A DNA stretch of 64,000 nucleotides from a virus, in the IMG/VR virus record IMGVR_UViG_3300030103_005357, positions 41,624-105,623 of that record; one strand, 5' to 3'. Both the position numbers and the translations under genes were made by a program. The notes beneath the pieces are model-generated. The model was not told the origin of the DNA, searched no databases, and was given only the letters and a program-made list of their open reading frames with translations. Position 1 is the stretch's first letter. Each line of letters begins with the position of its first letter. Shown one piece after another: positions 55,626 through 64,000 of the stretch.

Positions 55626-56456
55626 TTAAGAAAATCTAAATCTATATGCTTCTATGTCAAAATCAATAAATCCGACATAAAGATCATTAGCTAAAGACTT
55701 CCTCGCTTTGTCTGTTAATTTTGAAGTAGTTACAGTATCTACTAAAAAAGGTTTGTTGTTACTATACTCGCTAGATAGCGTATCGTATGAATATGTACCG
55801 TCTTTTAGGTCTCCATATTCGTTGTTGGGATGTCCACTCATAGGTATTGGAAAGAATACCTCGTTGTGAGAATCTCCGAAAATTGATAATACTCCATCTA
55901 ATTTGTACGGGTCGTCTGAAAGAGTTACAGCATTTACACGAACTTTGGTACATTCTTCTCCCCCAAATGCAAAAGGCTCATTCTCCATTGTGGCTGTAGA
56001 AAGAAAAATCGCTGGTACAACTTGATCATACGGAGCTATTCCAGATTCATTGTATGTTGGGATTCTGGAATTAAGTTCATATTTGTTTTCTACAACTAGA
56101 TCTTCTTCTGTTTCGTTTGTGAAGTAGATGTTAAAGTCTTTAACTGCAAAAGTTCCTGTGATTGTAGAGCTTGATGTATAGTTAGATCCTGTTTCCACAA
56201 TACGTCCATTATCGTAGTCAATATAGTGAGAATTTCCTGCAATGCCTGTTGGTAGAGTTGCTCCTACAATTGATGAATCATTCACGAATTGTTTGTAGGG
56301 GCTAGAAAATGGAACGTAAGAATCGTCTAAAAAATTATCTGGGGTGTGATAGAAAGCGCCTGTTTGATTTGAAAATGCCTCACCCTTTTTCAACAAAAAA
56401 TTATCAAACCAAAGCATAAACGAATTGGTAAGCGTATGTATAAATTGCTCTTTCAT
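55626..56456 (-). CDS. Probable tail completion/terminator protein
   Basis: Upstream of tail tube gene. Confidence 0.45.
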   Translation of the reverse strand: MKEQFIHTLTNSFMLWFDNFLLKKGEAFSNQTGAFYHTPDNFLDDSYVPFSSPYKQFVNDSSIVGATLPTGIAGNSHYIDYDNGRIVETGSNYTSSSTITGTFAVKDFNIYFTNETEEDLVVENKYELNSRIPTYNESGIAPYDQVVPAIFLSTATMENEPFAFGGEECTKVRVNAVTLSDDPYKLDGVLSIFGDSHNEVFFPIPMSGHPNNEYGDLKDGTYSYDTLSSEYSNNKPFLVDTVTTSKLTDKARKSLANDLYVGFIDFDIEAYRFRFS

Positions 56457-57025
56457 TTGATGTTATTAAGTTGTTTTTTATATTTATTAATCAAAGCAGA
56501 TATGTATTGGGTATTTTGAAACCTCCCAGATCTCACTAAAGTTTTTGATTGCACAGCTTTGCCTGAGCGACCTTTATCTTTTCGAAGTAAGTAGCCGAGT
56601 CCCGATATGCCCGTCTCTATTCCTTGCGCCCAACTTCTTCCTGAAGCCCACGGCAATGGGGTCGCTTTGAAAATGTCTGAGGCTTCAGGGATAGTAACAT
56701 TATATGTTACACCAATTTTAGCTTCTCCTGCATAATTATAATTCATGTTTTCTAGCATTTGGAGTATAGGCTCTATGGGTTTATCCGAAGCGTCAAAGCC
56801 TATAAAAGCAAAAAGATTAGAGACACCACCTAAAGTCCCACTAATATTAGTGCTACTTGGCCCAGCTATTAATTCAATAGTTACTGGATGACTAAGGAAT
56901 TCTTTGATCATCTCAGATTTAACTTCAAGAAACTTTTTCTTAAACTCTTTTTCAAATGGTCTTTTTAAAGCTTTTGGAGCTTGTTTTTGTATAGCCATTT
57001 GGACATCTTTCGGTAGGGTAGCCAT
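56453..57025 (-). CDS. Probable neck protein
   Basis: Position; PWASGRSWAQGIETGISG. Confidence 0.45.
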   Translation of the reverse strand: MATLPKDVQMAIQKQAPKALKRPFEKEFKKKFLEVKSEMIKEFLSHPVTIELIAGPSSTNISGTLGGVSNLFAFIGFDASDKPIEPILQMLENMNYNYAGEAKIGVTYNVTIPEASDIFKATPLPWASGRSWAQGIETGISGLGYLLRKDKGRSGKAVQSKTLVRSGRFQNTQYISALINKYKKQLNNIK

Positions 57026-57489
57026 TATTCGTCAGTTGGAGTAAGTAAAAAAGTATAAAATTTATTTGTAGTTAATCCACGGGGGGAGCCATCACTCTTG
57101 ATTGCAAATCTAATTCCGTCTAACTCAACCCTTCTGGCTTCCTGTAAAAACTCATAAGCGTCATTTTTTACCACAATTTTTACAGAACCATCTGGTAGGA
57201 TAATTTTGTTTTGAGTGCCTCGTTGGTTTTCATTATTCGATAAATACTCTTCATCCATATTAACATAATAAACTCTAGCATCAAAAGTTTGTGATTCTGT
57301 AGTATATTGCACATTTGATCTAGAGCCTGTGTTAGTCCTACCATAAATGCTGTTATATTTAGCATTTGTAGAGATCACAGTTCTTTTCGAATTCTTAAAG
57401 ACGGTGATAGTCCGTGCGAAAGTTTCATGCAATGTATCATACGTTGCATTAATCGCAGACTCCATATTAGAAGATAAAAAACCAGCCAT
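57025..57489 (-). CDS. Probable head closure protein
   Basis: Start moved to ATG 57489 (GTGTAA-N8-ATG). Confidence 0.45.
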   Translation of the reverse strand: MAGFLSSNMESAINATYDTLHETFARTITVFKNSKRTVISTNAKYNSIYGRTNTGSRSNVQYTTESQTFDARVYYVNMDEEYLSNNENQRGTQNKIILPDGSVKIVVKNDAYEFLQEARRVELDGIRFAIKSDGSPRGLTTNKFYTFLLTPTDE

Positions 57490-57532
57490 GTAGATAATTA
57501 CACATTTTTTGTTATAATAACTAGGATAAAGG

Positions 57533-57820
57533 ATGAATGCCAAAAAAAATTTAAATAAAAAGTCTGGAGATGAAGTATCTTCATTGTTCAAGATGATGTT
57601 AATTATGGTGGAAGACATGAAGAAAGATCATGATTTTCACTATCAGAAGCTGTATGAAGCTATTCCAGAAAATTATCACCCAGTAATTAAAGCGGCTGAT
57701 CATTTTACCCCAGATAAAGTTTCGTGGATTAGGAAGAGGATTTTGGACTTTGGCAACGAAAGTTTGCGTAATGTGCAAAATGAAATAGAAAATTACAAAG
57801 TTGAATTTATATTTAAGTAG
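57533..57820 (+). CDS. Hypothetical protein
   Basis: 95-aa ORF. Confidence 0.6.
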   Translation: MNAKKNLNKKSGDEVSSLFKMMLIMVEDMKKDHDFHYQKLYEAIPENYHPVIKAADHFTPDKVSWIRKRILDFGNESLRNVQNEIENYKVEFIFK

Positions 57821-57824
57821 GAAT

Positions 57825-58580
57825 ATGGAATTAAAATTACTATATCAGTTCACCGTCGATGAAGTTAAAGAGGTAGAAAAAGAATCCTCAAGGAAAAACC
57901 GAAAGACTGGTGAAGTTACGATTACTAAGAAAAAGGTAAAGGAAAAAGTACCTCTTGAGGTAAAAATCAAGAAACCTTCTCGTCGCCAGTTGGAAGATGC
58001 TGAGCTTCAATACACTATCGAAATGAGTAAGTGTATTAAGCAGGGTATCCTCACGAAAGCAATGCTTGCAAAAAAATATAGCGATACTGGAGGAGCTTTT
58101 ACTGAAGAGGGAGAAAAAGAGTATGGCAAGCTATACAAGCAGATTTTAGAGTTTCAGAATGAATATATCAAACTTGACTCAGCCTCCAAACTTGACGCAA
58201 AGCAGAAAAAAAGGCTTGAATTCCTTAAGGAAGAGATCGCCAGAGTCAAAAGAGAGTTGGTTGAAGTAGAGACAAATCTACAAGGTTTATTTGAACATAC
58301 TGCTGATGTCAAAGCTCAAAACAAGCTCTTACTGTGGTACGCTCTTCATTTAACTTATATCCAAAAGGAAGAAGATGAAGAGCCTATCCAGTATTTCAAA
58401 GGTTCTGATTATGACGAAAAGCTTGAGGATTATTATGATAAGGAGGAAGAAAACTCCGATGTTTATCAGCAGGTTATCAAACAAGTTTCTACCACATTAG
58501 CTTTTTGGTTTTACAACCAAGCTTCTTCACAAAAGGAGTTTGAGGAAATCATGGACAAAGTAGATAAGGGTGAGTTATAG
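57825..58580 (+). CDS. Probable tail assembly chaperone
   Basis: Charged helical protein upstream of tape measure; start adjusted. Confidence 0.5.
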   Translation: MELKLLYQFTVDEVKEVEKESSRKNRKTGEVTITKKKVKEKVPLEVKIKKPSRRQLEDAELQYTIEMSKCIKQGILTKAMLAKKYSDTGGAFTEEGEKEYGKLYKQILEFQNEYIKLDSASKLDAKQKKRLEFLKEEIARVKRELVEVETNLQGLFEHTADVKAQNKLLLWYALHLTYIQKEEDEEPIQYFKGSDYDEKLEDYYDKEEENSDVYQQVIKQVSTTLAFWFYNQASSQKEFEEIMDKVDKGEL

Positions 58581-59559
58581 TGACGAATTTTATACCTCCC
58601 TTATGGGGGAGATATTTGACGGATATAGCGTCTCGACCTTTGAAGGTCGGGACGTATTCGTTAAACACATAAACATAAGAGACCAGAAGTATATACATTC
58701 TTATTACGAAAAGTATAAGAATATTGCTTTATCTAAAGGTATTGAGTCTCAAGAAGACAGGGAGGCTTACATCAAGCAAGAGGATTTGTGGGAGGAGTCT
58801 GACAATATGAAGATACTGTCTCTCACAGAAGAAATTAAAAATCTTAAAAAGACAAAAGAATCTGTATTCTTGCCCTCGCAAAAAAGCTCTTTCCAAAAGA
58901 CTATCGAAAAGAAGTCCGTTGAATTATACGATTTAAGGAAAAGCAAAGCTGAGATAGTTGGTTTGACCGCAGACAGTTACGCCTCCAAAAGATCTAATGA
59001 TGAGATGCTTAGATTTTGCGTTTTTAAAGACCCCGACTTTACTGAAAATTTACATACCGAAGATGAATTTTCAGAACTTGAAGTTCGCCAAGTAATGTTA
59101 TTAAGTGCTATCGTGACAGAATCCTCTGATAAAATGTGTGAGGATAATATTAAGCATGCTGTTTTGAGGCCATTTTTCGGTATGTATATTTCCAACTGCG
59201 AGAATCCTAGCGATTTTTATGGAAAACCTATAGTCGATCTCTCCGCTTATCAAATGAAAGTTGCTATGTATGGTAAGGTGTTTAATAGTATTTTTCAATA
59301 CACCCAAGATATTCCAGATAACATCAGGGAAGATCCAGATAAATTGCTAGCTTACTCAGAAAGTCAGAGAAATAAAGATTCTAATAAAGGAGGAATAAAA
59401 GACGATTCGGATGCTTCAGCCGTATTTGGGGCAACTAATGAAGACATGAAGGATCTAACTAAAGATGCCAAGACTGTTTCTTTATCAGAAGCCGCTAAAA
59501 AAGCTGGCGGTAAGTTAGACATGAAACAAATGATGAGATTAGCAGGTCATGATGTGTAA
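58570..59559 (+). CDS. Probable tail assembly chaperone 2
   Basis: Directly upstream of tape measure. Confidence 0.45.
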   Translation: MSYSDEFYTSLMGEIFDGYSVSTFEGRDVFVKHINIRDQKYIHSYYEKYKNIALSKGIESQEDREAYIKQEDLWEESDNMKILSLTEEIKNLKKTKESVFLPSQKSSFQKTIEKKSVELYDLRKSKAEIVGLTADSYASKRSNDEMLRFCVFKDPDFTENLHTEDEFSELEVRQVMLLSAIVTESSDKMCEDNIKHAVLRPFFGMYISNCENPSDFYGKPIVDLSAYQMKVAMYGKVFNSIFQYTQDIPDNIREDPDKLLAYSESQRNKDSNKGGIKDDSDASAVFGATNEDMKDLTKDAKTVSLSEAAKKAGGKLDMKQMMRLAGHDV

Positions 59560-59593
59560 TATTAGTGTATATAAACACTAAAGGAACAAGATT

Positions 59594-62500
59594 ATGCCCA
59601 TCAAATTACCAACCGTCCAAACGGGTTTCGAACAAAGTATTGATAAAGCAGCTAAGAGAGCTGGTAAGAATCTTAAAATCAATATGGGGCCGGGGGCCAA
59701 AAGTATCGAGGGTTTAACTAGACCTTTGGGTAGATTAACTGGTAAAGCGGATGAGTTTACTAAATCTATGGAAGCGGCCAACGCCCGTGTTTTGGCGTTC
59801 GGTGCATCTGTTGGTGTTATTGCTGCTGTTTCAACAGCCTTAAAGCAGTTAGTCACAACGAGTATTGAAGTTGAGAAAAGCTTAGCCAACATCAACTCTA
59901 TTCTAAATCAATCAGCATCGCAACTTGATGGTTTTAAAAACCAAATTTTTGATATTGCTAGAAATACAGGTCAAACTTTTGATACCGTAGCCGAGGCTGC
60001 TTTAGAGCTTTCTCGTCAAGGTCTTAAAGCTGAAGAAGTTACCAAAAGGCTTAATGATGCTCTTGTCCTTTCTCGTCTTTCTGGTTTAAGTGCTGCGGAG
60101 TCTGTAGCGGGTTTGACAGCGGCAGTTAACTCATTTTCTTCTGCTGGTCTGACAACCTCTGATGTGCTTAATAAAATCTCTGCTGCTGCTGCAAGCGCGG
60201 CTGTTTCTGATAGGGATTTGATTGAAGGTCTTAAGAGATCGGGGGCAGTTGCTGTTGCGTCTGGCGTAAAGTTTGATGAATTGATTGGTATTATTTCTGC
60301 GCTTCAAGAAAGAACTGCGCGTGGTGGATCTGTCATTGGTAACTCCCTTAAAACAATTTTCACTAGAATTCAAGATATAGAAAAATTAAATACACTCCAA
60401 GATCTGGGTGTACAGGTTACAGATTTAGGAGGGCAGGTTTTATCCTCAAGTCAAATTATTGAAAATCTAGCCCCAGTATTTGCTAAGTTAGATCAAGCGT
60501 CAAAAGTTAACTTGGCTGATAATCTTGTTGGTAAATTTCAAATTGCCCCTTTCCTCGCTTTACTGGAAGATTTTAATCAAAAAATCTCTAGGAGTGGAGA
60601 AGTTGCCACAACCTCTTTTAACGCTACTAACGAAGCTTACAAACGTAATGAGGTTCTAAGTCAAACTTTGGCTACCGCTATAAATACAACTACTGTAAGC
60701 CTTAAGGAGTTAGCTAACGCTTTAGGTGAAATAGGTGTAACTGACAACCTATCTAAGATAATTGGAGTCTTTAATAGTGTGGTATCTAGTATTACAGGTA
60801 TTTTAGATGGTGAAGGAATTGGGTCTAAGTTCGCTAAAGGGTTAATTAAAGGGATTGGAGCTATAATTGCTGGACCCGGGTTAGCTTTAGCTTTGCTAGC
60901 TATTGGTAAACTTCTTTTAGATTTTGCTAAGTTTGGTACTGGAGCTTTAAAAACTTTCTTTGGTTTGAATAAAGCTGCTGAAGCTCAGAAAATTTTACAA
61001 GGCCAGATAGCAGCATCACTCCTAAACGATAAAGGTATCAGATCCGCTATCTTGTCAATTGAACAGCAGAATATATCTGCGGCTGAAAAGAAAGTATTAC
61101 AGACCAAGTTCTTTACAAAAGCTTTAAATGAGCAGTTGATGGTCATGCAAAAAATGCAAGGCATCGCCATGAATATTGCCCCGGGGGTTATGAGGGGAAC
61201 AGCCTCAAGGCGTGGTGGAAGAGCTGCTGGAGGATTCTTACCTATTGGCGCGGAAAAATCTGACATTTCTAGAGGTGTAGGTGGCGCACCTGCTTCTGCA
61301 AAACCTGTTGTTATTCCTAACTTCGCATTTGGTGGTGGTAAGCGGGGGACAATGGTTGCTAATAGTAGTGAATATATTGTTCCTAATTATGCTAATGGTG
61401 GAGACGCTATCTTTAATCAGAACATGGCTTCTTCAATGGGTCTTCCTGCTAACGCTAGGAAGGTGAGAGCCGCTAGTGGATATATTCCAAACTTTGCTCG
61501 AACGCTTTTACAGGGTTTTCGTGCTGGATTCGGTGATAAATTAAACAGGAAACATACTAGGGCTGATTTCTTTAAAGGGGATAAACCTAGAACAGACGAG
61601 ATTAGAAATGTTATGGAAAAACATCCTAATAGCCCTGAAGGTAAAAAGTTACTGGCATTAAAAAACCGAGACAAAGATAAAGGCAAAAGATCCTTCATGG
61701 CTAACCAAGAGCCTAACAAGTCGATCATGCTTGTTCCTAGGAGAGAAAGATTTTTACTGAATGGGTCTGATCATAAATTTCTAAGCCCATTCGAGTCTGT
61801 TAAGAATGGAAAAATTGATTTCTTTGAAGGCCCATCATCTGGAATTTCAAAAAGATTGAAAAAAGACACTGTACTGGGTGGCAGATTTAAGACATTACTA
61901 ACTTTGGATGGAGATATAGAAAAAGCTCTAGCCAGAGGAGTTAATGGTATATTTACTAAATTTAGAAAAAAGGCTGGGCCAAAAGCTTTTAAAGTTGAGC
62001 CTAACAAGATTACATCCGATAATATTAAAACAATAATGGAGAAGGGTGGCCCGGGAGCGCTTGGAGCTATTAAGGGCGCGACTTTTGAAGCTTTAATGAG
62101 GGCTATTGTTGGAGGAGTAAGTCAAGATGCCAAAGAAGGAGAACTTGATATAGATTTCTCAAAAGATGAAGGCAATATTCTTGATGTAATCTTTGGTATC
62201 CAAGGCAAAAACTTTAAATTTGGAGATTTTAAATCTTCACGCAGCGGGGGAAATAAGACTAAATTTGCTAAACAAATTCTTAATAACGTTGCAGGTAAGG
62301 TTGCAATAAGTAGAAAGGCTAAAACGACTAATAGCAAAAGTGCTGCCTCTGGTTACATACCTAACTTCGCTGAAGGAGCTTTAGAAAACGCTATTGGTAG
62401 GGAAAAAGCTGCTGGTTTACCAGTGAGCCAAATTAGAATTAATCAAAGCGGCAAACTCCGCAATTCCCAAAACCCAATGGGTCTCGCGGTGACTAACACC

Positions 62501-64000
62501 CGCGATGAGCCTACTGGGGCGATTCCTAATTTTGTTGGTGGTGTCCCTAGCATGGGGGGACTAATGGATAAAAAATTTGAAAAAGCCGCAGATTCAGCTG
62601 AAAAATCAGCGAAAGCTTTAGACAAGAATACTAACAATTTAAATAAAAACGCTAAAAGTTCAGAAGGTCTTACTGGTAAATTAATAGCTGTACAGATGGG
62701 TATGAGCTTATTTAATTCTGGATTAGGAGAGGCTACTAAAGAAACAGAGGGCTTTAAAGGTAATATAGCTGCTCTTGGTCAAGGGGTTATAGCAGCGACT
62801 CAGACATTTTTTATGATGCAAGCTATGGGGATGTCACCCGGGTTTAGACTGGCGGGGAGCAGGAGGTCTATGGCTACAACCGCTCTTGCTGTTCGAAGTA
62901 AGGTGACTATGGGAGCCAAAGGGGGGATGCTCAACAAGGCTACAAAGGGACTTGGCGGTTTCATTGGAAAGTTAGCTGGAGGTTTTGGACGACTCGTTCC
63001 AATTATAGGTACTGCTATTACGGCATTTATGTTACTTAATCCTATAATTAAAAAATTAACTGGAGATAGTATACTTGGTCATATTGGAAAAGCTTTAGGG
63101 CTTATTGATACTCCAGCGGAAAAAGCTTCGAAAGCTTTGGGGAAGTTAGCTGATGAGGCGACAAGAAATTTAAAGTCGGGGGCTGACCCTTTTAAAGATG
63201 CAGCAGCTGAGATACGAAAGGAAATAGCTAAACAACAGGGTATTGGAGTCACAGATGAAGATACTGCGGGATCGGTATTAGTAAAGCGAGCTGTCGCTAT
63301 GCCATCAGAAAATTTTGCAAATCTAAGAACTACTCAAACAGTAAATGAAAATGACGCTGGACCGATGACGGGTAGGCAGTTCAGAAGGGATCGCTTGGTC
63401 AACATACGGTTTTCGAAAAAAACAAGGAAAGTTGGTGAAGACGTTTTCCTGAGAGGGTCGGATACTAATTTCAAGGTATCAGGTATACCCGATTCAAAGA
63501 TAATTGAAGAATCTGATAAAGTTCGTACGCAATTTATGGTTTCAATGATTGGTACTTTTACCGACGAAGAAATTGCCAAATTAGTTAAAACTGGAGACCC
63601 TAAAGCGTTTGCAAAGAAAGCCCAAAAAGTATTTAAATCTTTTGATATAAGCCTTCAAAATAAAATATTAGACAACCTCACAGATCTTGTCGGGCTTGAT
63701 CTGACTGCGACTGAGAGAAATAAAGGTGAAACTGAAAAATTAAAAGTAGACAAAAATACGCAAATTTCTCAACTTATCGCAGCTGGTGTTAAGCCAAAAA
63801 AAGATAGAGAGGCTGACTTAGAAAAACAAAAGCAAGATGATCTAATCAATGTAGCTAATGCTAAAGCTCGATTAAAGGCGACAATTGAACTAAGGAAGTT
63901 TCAATTATTAAATATTACAGACAAAAAAAATGAGCTAGAGGTTGCTCAGACATTAGGCACTCTTACACAAAAAGAACTGAGAGATGAACAGCTTAAGGTA
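59594..64000 (+). CDS. Tail tape measure protein (runs off window; absent from ORF track)
   Basis: Frame from MPIKLPTVQTG, no stop seen in segments translated; TP901-type core (ELSRQGL, ERTARGGSVIGNSLKTIFTR). Confidence 0.88.
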   Translation, partial: MPIKLPTVQTGFEQSIDKAAKRAGKNLKINMGPGAKSIEGLTRPLGRLTGKADEFTKSMEAANARVLAFGASVGVIAAVSTALKQLVTTSIEVEKSLANINSILNQSASQLDGFKNQIFDIARNTGQTFDTVAEAALELSRQGLKAEEVTKRLNDALVLSRLSGLSAAESVAGLTAAVNSFSSAGLTTSDVLNKISAAAASAAVSDRDLIEGLKRSGAVAVASGVKFDELIGIISALQERTARGGSVIGNSLKTIFTRIQDIEKLNTLQDLGVQVTDLGGQVLSSSQIIENLAPVFAKLDQASKVNLADNLVGKFQIAPFLALLEDFNQKISRSGEVATTSFNATNEAYKRNEVLSQTLATAINTTTVSLKELANALGEIGVTDNLSKIIGVFNSVVSSITGILDGEGIGSKFAKGLIKGIGAIIAGPGLALALLAIGKLLLDFAKFGTGALKTFFGLNKAAEAQKILQGQIAASLLNDKGIRSAILSIEQQNISAAEKKVLQTKFFTKALNEQLMVMQKMQGIAMNIAPGVMRGTASRRGGRAAGGFLPIGAEKSDISRGVGGAPASAKPVVIPNFAFGGGKRGTMVANSSEYIVPNYANGGDAIFNQNMASSMGLPANARKVRAASGYIPNFARTLLQGFRAGFGDKLNRKHTRADFFKGDKPRTDEIRNVMEKHPNSPEGKKLLALKNRDKDKGKRSFMANQEPNKSIMLVPRRERFLLNGSDHKFLSPFESVKNGKIDFFEGPSSGISKRLKKDTVLGGRFKTLLTLDGDIEKALARGVNGIFTKFRKKAGPKAFKVEPNKITSDNIKTIMEKGGPGALGAIKGATFEALMRAIVGGVSQDAKEGELDIDFSKDEGNILDVIFGIQGKNFKFGDFKSSRSGGNKTKFAKQILNNVAGKVAISRKAKTTNSKSAASGYIPNFAEGALENAIGREKAAGLPVSQIRINQSGKLRNSQNPMGLAVTNTRDEPTGAIPNFVGGVPSMGGLMDKKFEKAADSAEKSAKALDKNTNNLNKNAKSSEGLTGKLIAVQMGMSLFNSGLGEATKETEGFKGNIAALGQGVIAATQTFFMMQAMGMSPGFRLAGSRRSMATTALAVRSKVTMGAKGGMLNKATKGLGGFIGKLAGGFGRLVPIIGTAITAFMLLNPIIKKLTGDSILGHIGKALGLIDTPAEKASKALGKLADEATRNLKSGADPFKDAAAEIRKEIAKQQGIGVTDEDTAGSVLVKRAVAMPSENFANLRTTQTVNENDAGPMTGRQFRRDRLVNIRFSKKTRKVGEDVFLRGSDTNFKVSGIPDSKIIEESDKVRTQFMVSMIGTFTDEEIAKLVKTGDPKAFAKKAQKVFKSFDISLQNKILDNLTDLVGLDLTATERNKGETEKLKVDKNTQISQLIAAGVKPKKDREADLEKQKQDDLINVANAKARLKATIELRKFQLLNITDKKNELEVAQTLGTLTQKELRDEQLKV

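Noticed and set aside
58540-58600. Programmed frameshift between tail chaperone genes
   Set aside because: The ORFs overlap, but I found no convincing slippery heptamer near the junction
59578-63579. Minus-strand ORFs of 64-105 aa in the ORF track
   Set aside because: Antisense shadows of the tape measure frame; the same applies to most short ORFs overlapping larger genes elsewhere
1-64000. Alternative genetic code, DGR, retron or integrase
   Set aside because: Genes are intact in the standard code, and no reverse transcriptase or recombinase motifs were recognised

Overview
The window is a 64-kb segment of a large lytic tailed phage (siphovirus-like). The host is probably PVC-group or Verrucomicrobia, inferred from a PEP-CTERM protein. 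Layout: lambda-type tail tip genes L-K-I-J and a tail fibre (2.1-12.9 kb); a mostly + strand accessory block with MazG, DenV-like glycosylase, ThyX, three tRNAs, three glycosyltransferases, two sulfotransferases, amidase, Mom-like acetyltransferase and RuvB (12.9-28.2 kb); a - strand early/host-takeover region (28.9-41.0 kb); and a packaging/virion block with PhoH, sigma factor, ERCC4 nuclease, terminase, portal, capsid, tail tube and tape measure (41.3-64 kb). Main observations: (1) nine 77-bp elements, each two 27-bp palindromes around an exactly 23-bp GC-rich spacer found in both orientations, split the early region into promoter-bearing gene cassettes; (2) a 66-nt mini-tmRNA with only the tRNA-like domain; (3) a 139-nt tRNA-shaped RNA whose anticodon loop is replaced by 71 nt; (4) widespread apparently leaderless transcription, including a GTGTAA-N8-ATG motif that may be read by the phage sigma factor. 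All calls are from motif recognition by eye; no searches were run.
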